From assembly GCA_964016885.1 (NCBI GenBank), contig OZ024742.1, positions 235,104,001-235,168,000 on the forward strand: a DNA stretch of 64,000 nucleotides, read 5' to 3'. Below are positions 11,103-24,979 of this stretch, one piece after another. The position numbers were made by a program, and so were the translations under genes. Positions within the stretch are counted from its first letter, which is position 1; the number at the start of each line of letters is the position of its first letter. The notes under the pieces are model-generated. The model searched no databases. It was not told the DNA's origin and saw only the letters and a program-made list of their open reading frames with translations. Source of the DNA: Eledone cirrhosa. Taxonomy: Eukaryota.

Positions 11103-12334
11103 AAACGCAGAACTGGATATTTCAAAAAACGTTGCAACCGGAGGAAGACAGGAAGACGATACTTTGGTTCATGGTGACGTTCGCTGGCAAAGAACGGGAA
11201 AAAACGAATAATACGTCATTAATAGGAGCGGTGAAAAACAATTACGCGCAAAGACAGAACCACGTTTATGGTATAAAAGAGGTCGTAGACTAATGTTCTC
11301 TTAGGTGGTGCATAGAGACGTTCTCTGGCAATGAACGAAAAAACGAAGATAATAAGTCATATGTGGAGCGTGGCGTGTGTGTGTGTATATATTTATATGT
11401 ATGTATGTGTAAATGTGTGTATTGCTTACCACGTGTGTTTGTTTATTTATTTGTGTCCTTTCCTGTATCGCTCTCAACTTTATAATAATTTTTATTTTCT
11501 TATGTCGTATATTTTTTATTTTTATGTGACGGCCTATTGCATTATATGGTTGTTTATTGTTTTTTATTTTTTTATAATTAATTGTGTGTGTGTGCGTATG
11601 TATGCGTGTATATATGTGTGTATGTATGTGTGTGTATGTATGTGTGTGTATGTACGTGTGTATATATGTATGATTGTGTATATATATGTATGTCAGGTCA
11701 CCAGTTGGTGCTACTGGTAACCTGTATGCCAGTACAACCTGTCTCATGGTCGGGTCGTTGGCAACTAAACTGGCAACCCCACCAAGGTTTCTAGGGGAGG
11801 AGGGTGACTTTGGATATCCTGCAGGACTAAAAACAAAACCTGTCAAAGGGCAAAGGAGCTCTTAAGAGTCAATGGCCATCCAAAATCACCGGGAGAGATG
11901 ACCCCTTAGCCTTTGTCAAGGCAGAATTCTAGGAGAAGGAAAACTCTGATATAACACCTGCAACCCTGATGGTATCCAATGATGTTGACTTCTTTTTGGT
12001 AAATATCATCTTGGTTAAGAGAGTGGGACTGGCTTTGTGCAGTGCCTTTGCTCACTATAAAAGCTTCACGGCACAGGCATTGCTTTATATCTGGAGATCT
12101 CTCTGCATTTGTCGTCACATGGTACCATGGGCCCAGTACTATGTGTCAATAATTGTCGCAAGTGTAGTGTTTGTACCAGAGTTTTCAAGTCGCTGGCTGG
12201 ACTTAAAAGTCACACTCGTTCAGCCCATCGGTAGGGGTTCTCCTACTTGGATATAAAGTAGTGGCCGTACTCGAAAACGAGTTGGCAGCCACCATATATG
12301 TATGATTATGTGTGTATATATATATATATGTATA

Positions 12335-12390
<56 letters not shown>

Positions 12391-12400
12391 AACAAGTAAG

Positions 12401-12494
12401 ACCCCGACGGCTGAGCTCAAGCCGTTTCGACGGCTAATTCTGTACTGAATGAAAATTTATTCTGGTATTTAAATAGCCGAACTTATCAAGGGGT
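12401..12494 (-). ncRNA. Type I hammerhead ribozyme, U3-A8 variant (inverted pLTR copy)
   Basis: Reverse complement of 14953-15046. Confidence 0.8.
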
Positions 12495-12690
12495 AATTCC
12501 ATATATGGTCAAAGAGATAATCACCAGGATTGGTCACATCACAAGTTAGTAGTAAATCTGTGATGGCAAGTTGGTGGGGGAAGGGGTAGCTAAACCTGCC
12601 GGTAGGAGAAAAAGGGAGAGGGGGTGGAGTAGACCCATTCATGCGTTGGTAGTGCCAGCTACAGCTGGGTGTGAGGTCAAAGAGGATACA

Positions 12691-13747
12691 ATTAATCAGC
12701 TTCTTCCGCGACTGGGGATTTAAAATAACCCTACAAACGTCCCTGACCCGAGTTAATTTCCTGGACGTTACCCTCGATCTCAATAATGACCTGTACTACC
12801 CATACAGGAAACCCAATGACAACCTGCACTACATCCACCGCCGATCTAACCATCCTAGGAACATCACCAACAACCTGGTCAAAAACATCTCCCTCCGTGT
12901 ATCCCGTTTGTCAGCTAATGAGAAGATATTCGATGAACATGCGCCTTACTACAACCAGGCCCTCAAGCGGAGTGGTTTCTGGGAGGAAATATCCTACTGT
13001 CCAGCTCCCATTAGCGGAACCAGCAGGCGACACCGCCGCTCACGCAATGTAACATGGTTCAATCCTCCCCACAACGCCGAGGTGACAACTCCCATCGGGA
13101 AAATTTTCTTTAGGCTCATTGAAAAACACTTCCCACCACAACACCGCTACCACAACATAATTAACAAAAATACCATCAAACTCTCTTACAGCACTACACC
13201 TAACTTCGCACAAAACATCGTCTCCTCCAACAACAAAAAACTCAACCCCGATGGAAGAAACAACCTAAATAGCAGTGGAGAGCCGACCAGGAGGTGCAAC
13301 TGTCCTGATAGACCCAGTTGCCCCCTCGACAACAGATGCAGAGACCGTAATGTGATCTACCAGTGCACCGTGAGCACGGACACCTCCAACAAAGCTTATA
13401 TAGGATTAACCTCATGCGACTTCAAGACCCGGCTATACCAACACAGACATACCTTCCGAAACCCGGCCCGGCGTCACGCCACTACACTTTCGGGCCACAT
13501 ATGGGACCTCAAGGACAACAACATCAACTATGATCTCACTTGGAAATTACTGTCCAGAGCCAACTCTTACACGGGAGGACACCGTCCGTGCAATTTATGC
13601 TCGGAGGAAACATTACAAATGCTGTTTTCGACGGACCAACTCCTAAAAAAGAAAGATGAACTGGTTACTGCATGTAAACACCGATTACGTAGGACTTACC
13701 TCGCCCTCAAACTCCATAATGACCCGGGGGGTAGACTAGGGCTATAA
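12691..13747 (+). pseudogene. PLE RT C-terminus + GIY-YIG, open reading frame but 5'-truncated
   Basis: Collinear with residues ~370-709 of the ORF at 8753..10882. Confidence 0.9.
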
Positions 13748-14522
13748 CACCCCACTTGCCTATTTTGTAATGGGTAACCCCTGCTTGCCTATGGAGACGT
13801 AAGATCTTCTTTTACTTTCTTTTATCGCTTCCTCTATATTTCCCCCTTCCCCCATCCCTCCCTAGTCCTTCTACCCCAGTTCTCTTTCTTTGTCGTCGTC
13901 TTTTTCTCGCCCACCCGAGGTAGCCCATCGGTCCCTTGTAGCTTCAGCACCCCCACCCCATCCCCTATTCTATGATAGATTTGGCTGACTCCGCTTTTTA
14001 TAGCAGAGGTGTTAGACTTCGGATACCCGCCCCTTTCTCCGACCGTTGTCCCTTTTTCCCGTGCCTTCTATATTTCTTAGTGGCATCTTTGCTTAAATTT
14101 CTCGTTTATCCAGTATCTCTTTTTTCTTTTTCCCCTTTTTTTTTTTTGGGGGGGGGGGGGGGTGTTCCTGTATTAATTTTCCGTTCTTTACTTTTACTTC
14201 GTACGATCTTTCATGTAGCTTGTATAAGACTTTTTGTTTCGTGGCGGTACCTTTAGAGTTAGCACTAGTATTTTTTTGCGGGACCCTGAATTATATTCTC
14301 GTACTAGTTTACTTTCTTGCACTGGGTGGTTGCTGGCCCTGTGTTTGGGGTAGAAACCTTTATTATTTTCGTGGTAGTCTCTTTAGTATTCTGCCCCCCC
14401 CCCCCCCCCTTTGTTGACCCGTCACCGTACGATACACGCACTTATACCTCGTATAAGGGTCCCTTTATTTCCGTCCCACCTAGTTTATTTCTATTATTAT
14501 TATTTATTTTTTTATTCTACAT

Positions 14523-14553
<31 letters not shown>

Positions 14554-14952
14554 TTTTTTATTTATTTATCTATTCTTTTATTCACTTATTTGTTTTATTT
14601 ATTTATGTATTTCTTTAGCCTAGCAATAGCGAGAGACTTAAGTCTTAGTAACCAGATTTTGCTTTTTTTTTTTTTTTTTTTCTCTCTTAGTACCTTTTAT
14701 AGTTTTACCTTTCATTGTTCTACTTACCGTTTCGACCTCCTCCCCCTCCCCCTCCCCTGTATCCTCTTTGACCTCACACCCACCTGTAGCTGGCACTACC
14801 AACGCATGAATGGGTCTACTCCACCCCTCTCCCTTTTTCTCCTACCGGCAGGTTTAGCTACCCCTTCCCCCACCAACTTGCCATCACAGATTTACTACTA
14901 ACTTGTGATGTGACCAATCCTGGTGATTATCTCTTTGACCATATATGGAATT

Positions 14953-15046
14953 ACCCCTTGATAAGTTCGGCTATTTAAATACCAGAATAAATTTTCATTC
15001 AGTACAGAATTAGCCGTCGAAACGGCTTGAGCTCAGCCGTCGGGGT
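14953..15046 (+). ncRNA. Type I hammerhead ribozyme, U3-A8 variant
   Basis: acccc-TTGATAA-g.ttcggcta...tagccg.t.c-GAAA-cggct-tgagctc-agccg-TC-ggggt. It has a GUC cleavage triplet (cut after 15041) and a G-C stem II closure. Confidence 0.82.
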
Positions 15047-15162
15047 CTTACTTATTCCTATTACCCACTCTACTACCCTAAGTATTGAGTACTTTGGTGC
15101 GTTATGGTCCACCTGGTTCCTTACCACATTTCCTTCGTTATATATATATATATATATATATA

Positions 15163-16359
15163 TGTAGGAAGTGAGTTTTGTAAAGCAATGCAAATATCGG
15201 ATAAGTAGCACTCTACAGTTTGTAGGACTGGAGTATAAATAATATAAGATCAAAAGATGGTTAAAAGAGTTCCAAGTATTTTATTATACGCATTTCAAAA
15301 ACAAATATCATCATGAGATGATATCTGCGTTTTCATCAGATAAAATAGGGATACATGCTATGAAAGTTAAAAAACACTTGTGAATAGTGAAGTTTTAAAT
15401 AAACATATGAAAAATAATTTAAGATTGATGTATGATATTGGGAAAAAGTGAGAGAGGGTTGGAAAGGCTAAGGAAGAGGAGGAGATGAGAGTAAAGAATG
15501 GTGGGGGAGGAGTATAAGAAGGAAGGATGAGAGAGGAGGAGAGATGGGTGATAGAGAGAGAGAGATAGCCTTTACAACTGAGAAAAAATATATATTGTCT
15601 CACAGAGAGAAGTTAAAAAGCCGTTGGAAGATAATAGATAATTTTAAAGAATTTGAAATTAAAAGTTGATGAAGAGAAAAAGGGGTTAAGAATAATAATA
15701 AATTAAGGTTTGCATATTGAAGGATTTAATATGTGCGAGGAAAAGAAATTGTTAATATGTATTATTAAAATAAAAATATTAATGTTATTAAGGATATAAT
15801 GTGAAAAGAAGTAGAAGAGTGGATGAGTTATGAATTTAGAGGAATTAGTTAGTGTTTAAGTTTGTTTTTATGTAATGTAATATGTGTGCGTAATATATGT
15901 AAATAGTTTGTTTTAAAATGGGCGCAGAAAGCAAAGAAGAAAAGAATGTTTAAGGAAGAAAATATCTAACATCAAAATATATATGTTTACGAAATATTTT
16001 CTAATGGTAATAATATAATATATTAAAGGAAATTAGTTAGGGTTTAAGTTTGTTTTTATGTATTGTAATATGTAATATGTAAAAGTCAAACGAGCATGAA
16101 AGGAAGAGATAAGGAACTTAAGGAAGAAAAATCTAACGTCAAAAAATGTTTATGTTTACGAAGGACTATTAAAGGTAATACTATAATGTATTTAAAAGAT
16201 AATAATAATTTTTATGACCAATGATATGAAGAAAGATGGAAGAGTGGATATGTTGTGGTGAGTAATAATAAGAATTGAGAAGTAGTTAGGAAGAAAAGGT
16301 ACAGATTAGAGGTTAGAAATTAAAAAGAAAAAGAAAAAAGAAAAGAGGAAGAAAGGAAA
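15163..16359 (-). mobile_element. PLE 3' UTR/pLTR + tail remnant, tail-to-tail with the preceding element
   Basis: Carries a hammerhead and the bulged hairpin. The UTR is purine-rich on the + strand like 1760-2400, and it ends in (TA)n at 15139-15162. Confidence 0.7.
15277..15347 (-). ncRNA. Minimal type I hammerhead ribozyme with long stem II
   Basis: Minus strand reads tattttat-CTGATGA-aaacgcagatatcatc-tcat-gatgatatttgttttt-GAAA-tgcgta-TA-ataaaata. Confidence 0.85.
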
Positions 16360-16830
16360 ATTTAGGTCGCCAGCAATAATTAAGTAGTCGCTGTCGGTTA
16401 TTTGGGAGGTAGTGTGCATTAGCGTCTCATAGAACCTGTCCTTTATAACGTCAGGTAGACCAGATTGGGGTGCATAAGCGGATATTATTGTCACAGTAGT
16501 TCTATTTAGAACTAGTCTTGTTTTAATTATTGTCATTCACTCTATTTACCTCAATTACCTTATCTACCCATTTTTCAGGTAACATAATTCCTACTCCACC
16601 CAGTCCGTTGTCATTTCACACCCAGAAAAGTTTATAGCATCGTTTTTTACCCACAATGAATCGAGCAGACCACCCTCTCCACCAAGTCTCTTGAACACAA
16701 CAAACATCAACATCCTTACGTTCAAGCATCTCTACAACCTCATTTGAGCGGCCTTTTCAATGTGCCTATGTTCATGGCACCAACTCTGAAGTTGGGTGGG
16801 TAGAATGGATGGGTTGGAGGGGCAGGGAGG
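16360..16830 (-). mobile_element. RTE LINE 5' portion; 16360-16646 duplicates 892-1180
   Basis: Near-identical direct repeat (8 substitutions and one 2-bp indel counted), continuing into the APE N-terminus ([12 protein letters not shown]). Confidence 0.85.
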
Positions 16831-17152
16831 GATGTGGGAGATGGAATTATGTTGGTCATCCATGTCTGAAATATATATATACATTACATATATATATATA
16901 TATACACACATATATATACACATATATATATATACATATATATATATGTGTGTGTATATATATATATGTGTGTGTATATATATATGTGTGTGTGTATATA
17001 TATATATATACACATATATATATATTCATTCACACACATATATATATACATATATATATACATATACACATATATATATATATACACATGTATATATATA
17101 TATATACACATATATATACACACATATATGTATATATATGTATGTATATATG

Positions 17153-17198
<46 letters not shown>

Positions 17199-17208
17199 CA
17201 TATATACA

Positions 17209-20200
17209 CATCATCATTTTACGTCCGCTTTTCCCTGCTTGCAAGGGTTGGACGGGTCCTATTCAGCACAGCATCTCCCCACTTGTCAAGGTCCTTCGTC
17301 ATCTCCTCCGTGAGTTTCAGCGATCTGAGGTCTGCTCTCACCACCTCCACCCATGTTTTTCGTTGTCTACCTCTACTGTGTCTTCCCTCCACTGGGACTT
17401 CCTGGCACTTCTTCACCCAGCGGCCATCCTCCATGCGCATCACATGTCCATACCATCTCAGCCTTCTCTCCTGCACACCACAACTTATCCCTCTTATACC
17501 CAGTTTCTTTCTCAACTCATCTATGCCTGGTCGTTCAAGCACATTGACATCCAACGAAGCATACTTGCTACATTTCTCTCCAGCCGTCGCATATCTTCTG
17601 CAGTTGCTGCCCATGTCTCACTACCATGCAGCATCGCGCATCTCACACAGGCATCATATAACCGTCCTTTCGTACGCAGGGAGAAACCCTTCTTTGTCAA
17701 CAGAGGAAGCAGCTCCCTAAACTTCTTCCAACCCGTCCTTATTCTAGATACTATGGCCTCGGAACACCCCCCTCTCCTCCCATGCTAATCTGATCACCTA
17801 GGTACCGGAAGCTATCAACCACTTCTATAGAACCCACCTGCATTGGAAAAATGAGTCTATCACAGCAATTACTACTGCCAACTTTCCCTGTACATCTACT
17901 GCATATGTAGTTTTCCCTACCTGTTAGTTTGCCAATACATTTCTTGTGTACCCAAGATCTGCATTGTATACATTTTATGGAATTTATGCCAGTTCCTTTC
18001 CAATATATCGAACATGGCCATTTCCCTGACGGAATCAGAGTTTTGTCCTCTTTTCTACTCATCAACGCTTTTGTCTTAGCTAGGTTCACTCTCAGTCCTC
18101 TTGCTTCCAACTGCTGTTTCCATAGCCAGAATTTATTCTCTAGCTCCTCTACTGATTCTGCTATAAGAACCAGATCGTCAGCATAGAGAAGTTCCCATGG
18201 ACAGCCAGTCTTAAACTCTTCTGTTATGGCTTGGAGGACTATAATGAACAAGAGCGGGCTGAGGACCGAACCTTGATGTACTCCTACTTGTATCTGGAAT
18301 TCCTCACTAAACTCCATTCCTACCCTGACTTTACTGACAGTACCTCTGTACAAAGTTTGCACTGTCCTCACAAGCCATTCCTCAACACCTAATTTCCTTA
18401 GGGACCACCAGATGACAGATCGGGGTACCCTATCAAAGGCCTTCTCTAGGTCAACAAAGGCTAAGTATAGTGGCTTATTTTTTCTCTAAGAACCTCTCTT
18501 GCAATTGTCTCACCAAGAAGAGGGCATCTGTTGTACTCTTCCCAGGCACAAAACCAAACTGCATCTCATCTAGTTTGACCCTTTCTCTAATTAGTTGTGC
18601 TAATATCCTTTCTGCCACTTTCATAACCTGATCCATCAGTTTTATACCCCTATAACTGCTCCTCTCCAGAACATCCCCTTTACCTTTGTAGCAATTTATG
18701 AGAATACTGCTGCACCAGTCTTTGGGTATGACACCACCATATATAGCCTGATTGATGATGCGTGCAACCAGTTTAGTACCTACGTCCCCTGATGCCTTCA
18801 GCATCTCAGCAACTATTCCCGATGGTCCATCAGCCTTATCATTTTTCATTTCCTTAATCGCCTCTTGGACCCTATATTCGTCAATCTCAATAGCTGGTCC
18901 CTCTGTCGGATCTACTAAGGGTAATTTCTCTCTCTCCCAGTCGTTCTCCACATTCATCAGTCTCTCATAATGACATTTCCAGGCCTCCTTTTTCTGATCA
19001 TTCGTGACACTAAGTACACCGGCATCATCTCGGACACATTTATCTCCAACAACATCCTGATTTGCATTGACACACTGCCTTGCAATGTGGAACACCGCAC
19101 GCCTCTGATCTTCCCGTCGCAGAACATTGGCAAACCTCCTACTCTCCGCCTCCCTGCGTGCTAAGTACACCTGACGTCTAGAGTCTCTCTTAGTGGCTGT
19201 ATATTCTTCCCTACTCCCACCCTTTTTGCAAGCTTTCCATGCCAGTCTTTTGTCTCTAATGGCCTTATCTACTGTGCTGTTCCACCACCAGGTCACTCTC
19301 TGTCTGGTTGGAACTCTGCTCCAGCCACAAGTTTCACCAGTAGCCTGCAGCAAGTTGTCACGTAAGAAATTCCAGTTATTATCTATGTCATACGTCTCTA
19401 AATCGTCTTCTTTTTCGTCATATACATCTTGAAGGGCTTTCCTAAATTTGTATTTTAGTGAAAGGTCTTTTAGCTTCAGACCTTTCTTCTCAACACCTTC
19501 CTGTATGTCTCATTCAATCTCTTGCTTACTGATATATCACTAACGACTAACCTATGCTGTGGGGTACATTCTTTCCCAAGGTATGCCTTGGTATTAGACA
19601 CTATCTGCCTGTCCCGCTGCCTAACTAGTAAGAAGTCAATCTGGCTTATGTGCTTACCAGATTTGTAGGCTATTAGGTGATTGGCAGGTTTCTGGAAGTT
19701 TGTGTTGCAAATAGTCAATGTACCTGCATCACAAAATTCAAGAAGTCTCACTCCTTCTTCATTTCTTGAGCCGTAACCGTGCCCACCATGTACCCCAGTG
19801 TAACCATCCTGGAGCTGTCCAATATGACCATTGAAGTCTCCTGCTAGCATAACGATGTCTCCGTCCTCTGTCATTGCGGTTGTTTGTAAAAGTTGCTCGT
19901 AAAAGCAGTCTTTCTCATCTTTGCCTAGGCCTGCTTGGGGAGCATAGGCAGAGATGATTGTCAGTAGTCTCCTGCCTAGAACTAATCTAAGCTTAATTAT
20001 TCGATTACTAACTCGAACTACCTCTATTGTCTTATTGATCCATTTCTCAGCCAGGAAAATGCCTACTCCCCCTAACCCATCATCCTTACCTACCCAGAAT
20101 AGCTAAGACGTTTGCCTACGACTAGTCTCGCAGAGGCACCTCTCCATCTCACCCTTGCACGCAGCACACATCCACATGCCTTCTCTCCAGCATCTCCGCT

Positions 20201-20270
20201 ATTTCAGCAGATCTACCTCTGAGAGTGCCAACATTAAGTGTTGCAACTCTGAGATGCGACGTCTTCATAT
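17209..20270 (-). mobile_element. Near full-length decayed RTE LINE (APE-RT with Cys-rich insert)
   Basis: Consecutive ORF pieces read [53 protein letters not shown] and RLRWYGHV. There is an (ATG)n 3' tail and several frameshifts. Confidence 0.95.
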
Positions 20271-20462
20271 CTTGTTGTTGTTCCTATTTGTTGCTGTGCC
20301 GATAAGCGTTTTGGCATTGATACACTGGTTGGATGCCCTTCCTAACACCAGCGCCACTTTACAGCATGGACTGGGTGCTTTTATTTGTGCCACCAGCACT
20401 AGAGAGGATGTCTTACTAGACTCAAGGGCTCTCTCTACCCCTCCATTTTACAGCATGGTCAT

Positions 20463-20493
<31 letters not shown>

Positions 20494-20697
20494 CACTTAT
20501 TGACACGACACACACACACCAACATTCATGCATACAAACCACAAACACACACGCCACTCACATACCAACACTCATTCATGCATACAAACACACACACACC
20601 ACTCACAAACACACACATGTATATATATATTACCGGCAGTACTGATACAAAATCAAAATCATGTCAACTGTTGACTTTTCCCAGTTCAGTTTTTATA

Positions 20698-20870
20698 TAA
20701 TAATAATAATAATTGTTTGCTTTACGCTGGTAATGGTGGTGGCAGTTGTTGTTGCTGTAGTTGTTATTGTAGTTGCTGCTGCTGTTGATGTTGTTGTTGC
20801 TGTTGCTGTTGTTGTTGCTGTTGTTGGTGGTGTCACTATTGTTGTTGTTGTAGTTGTAGTTGTTGCTGTG
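20698..20870. repeat. (GTT/GCT/GTA)n trinucleotide repeat
   Basis: Visible degenerate (GTT)n tract. Confidence 0.85.
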
Positions 20871-21126
20871 TTGAAATCTGGTCGCATCCACTGAGATATA
20901 CATATACACATATATATATGTATATACACATACATACATCAAAAGAGTTAGCAGTATGTCAACAGTCAACAGGTCAGCCACCTTAGATAGAGTAATGAGT
21001 TATGTGATGATGGTGGGGAGCGAGTGTAGACGTTATTGTTATTATGGTGGCGGGGGGTAATTGAGATGTACAAGTTCATAGTTCACTTGTCTCTTTTCCT
21101 CTCTCTTCAAAATTTATATATATATA

Positions 21127-22926
<1,800 letters not shown>

Positions 22927-23215
22927 TGTTTTACTCTTTTACCTTTTCCAGCCATCTGACTGAGGCCATGCTGGGGCACCACCCTTGTTGCTACGTGTTC
23001 TATCTCCAGCCTGTGTTGGCTGGCCATTGGTGTAAGAGCGAGTTCGTTACTGCTGCCCTTAGGTTACCTTCGTACCATGCTGTGGGCTCATCCGGGATCC
23101 TGGATAGCAGGGTGTCAAGATGTTTCTTGAAAACATCCATGTCCACACCATGCAGATCTCTCAAATTTATTGGCAGCTTGTTGAAGAGATGAGAGCCCTT
23201 GAGCCCCAGGTTATT
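22927..23215 (-). mobile_element. CR1-group LINE 3' fragment (related copy at 32970-33150)
   Basis: [33 protein letters not shown] is a typical CR1-group ORF2 C-terminus. Confidence 0.75.
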
Positions 23216-23797
23216 GCAATATACATATATATATACACACATATATATATATTGAAAAATGTCAAGTTTGAAGGCCACGACAATGAAAAATGGACAAAGC
23301 AAGATGTTGTGTGTTACCTTATTTATTTAGCTGTCCTGTTATCTCAAGATAAAATCTCTTCTTTGGAAGAATATAACAAGTGAGCAGTCCGGATTTGGTA
23401 AAATACACTATGTCATGCTGCCGGAAGTGGTGGACATAGGTGAGGGAGGAGGGTAAGGGGGGATTAGGGCTCCATCCTTCTTCTATATTTTATGGTCTTG
23501 CGGAAGAAAGGTCAAGAAGGCCACAGAATTCTTTCCCTTTATATCTATATATACATACTCACACACACAAACATATATATATTTATGTGTGTATACACAC
23601 ACATATACATATATGCCTACACATACCCATACAAACACATATATGCACGTACGTATGTTCTCACAGATAAATAACCCGAGAAGCGTGTCTTAGTATTCTA
23701 GGGCACAGAAATCCCTTCTCATGTTATCTATATGTGCATACACATGCACACACAAACACACCTACACACACGCATATATATATATGTACATGCACAT

Positions 23798-23839
<42 letters not shown>

Positions 23840-23949
23840 TTAAATACATAGGCATGCACTTACATGCACACATACAGACACATAGATATGCGTACCTCTG
23901 ATATAAAGTCCGGGTAGTCTTCTATGTATTGTGTGCCTAATTCTAGTCT

Positions 23950-24190
23950 ATTATAGTGTTTTGGCTATGATTATCGCTTCTTTTATTCTTAGATTCCCTA
24001 AATTCCTGTCTCTAGCTTTTATTATAACTGCTATATTTTTATCTGTGTTTTTACATTTCTCTAAGTGTTTTTTGAATGAGGAAACATTAGTATTGAGGTG
24101 TTCTTTAATTCTAATGTGTAGATGTCGAGTAGTGTTCCCTATATAGAGGTCATCACATTTTTTGCACTGGATTCAGTACACAACGTATAC
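23950..24190 (-). pseudogene. GIY-YIG endonuclease fragment of a canonical (CCHH-type) PLE
   Basis: Manual translation gives VVY*IQCKKCDDLYIGNTTRHLHIRIKEHL..FKKHL..LRIKEAIII. Confidence 0.75.
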
Positions 24191-24979
24191 AGGCATTCAC
24201 AGATGACATTGTTTTAATTGCACCTTCGATACAGAAAACACAAGATCATTTAAATCGCATAGTATACGAAGTACACACTGTTGGCCTGGAACCAAACGTT
24301 GCAAAAACTGAGTACATGTGTTTAAACATTGATAACTAGAATGGAATATTTGCAGAATAATTAGATTAGACGTTCTTGAACTTTTCCTCTCTCTAAAGTT
24401 AACGCTATATATATTACAAACTCTGGGGAAAACGATATATTTCTTTTGCAAGGTTTTCGATATGAAATCTTGTGTCGAAACAGATATTGTTATATTTGGG
24501 GAGGGTCATGTTGTCCTAAAATTGCCAAAATAATAATAAGATACACCCACTGTTTGGTTTGATTTTCACTTCAGTTCAGTATATCTTTATATTTTTATAA
24601 ATAATTTAGCTGGCAATCAAAATAAAAAAAACCTTATAGAAACACAATTGGAGGAAATCACTGAAGATGTTATGTGTGACGAAAGAACTTTGAGAAATTA
24701 TATTTATATTTATAATTTTAACTGTTGGTCAATCAATGATAAACCAATGTTTATCATTCTAGTCTATTATAGTGCCAGCTAAATTATTATTATTTTCACA
24801 ATATTATGTCAACATGATCCTCCCCAAATATAACAATACCTGGGAAAATCATATTGTCAGGGAAATTTGTGCGTTATTTTTTTGTCGGATTATCTACACC
24901 TAACCCAAAGACATCATGGCAATATGTATGTGGAATATACCCTCAGGATTTACAATCAAGTTCTCTGTGACCTGTCCCA

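Larger units (their letters stand above)
7771..11373 (-). mobile_element. Apparently intact Penelope-like retroelement (C-terminal EN+, probably Hydra-clade type) with direct pseudo-LTRs
   Basis: A single 709-aa ORF lies between 360-bp direct repeats at 7771-8130 and 11014-11373 (3 differences seen). The element is inserted in a (TA)n/(TG)n microsatellite. Confidence 0.95.
12387..15140 (+). mobile_element. 5'-truncated PLE with inverted 5' pLTR and 3' extension
   Basis: ORF 12671..13747 has VNFLDVTL, WFNPP, CNCPDRPSCPLDNRC, VIY..YIG and CNLC. 12387-12690 is the reverse complement of 14758-15060. An 80-nt tail lies at 15061-15140, with (TA)n on both sides. Confidence 0.93.

Noticed and set aside
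11690-12295. Possible RTE 5' UTR plus decayed endonuclease fragment
   Set aside because: Only short suggestive motifs, too weak to call.
20661-20981. Poly-Val/Thr/Asn ORFs as membrane or mucin proteins
   Set aside because: Translations of a (GTT)n repeat.
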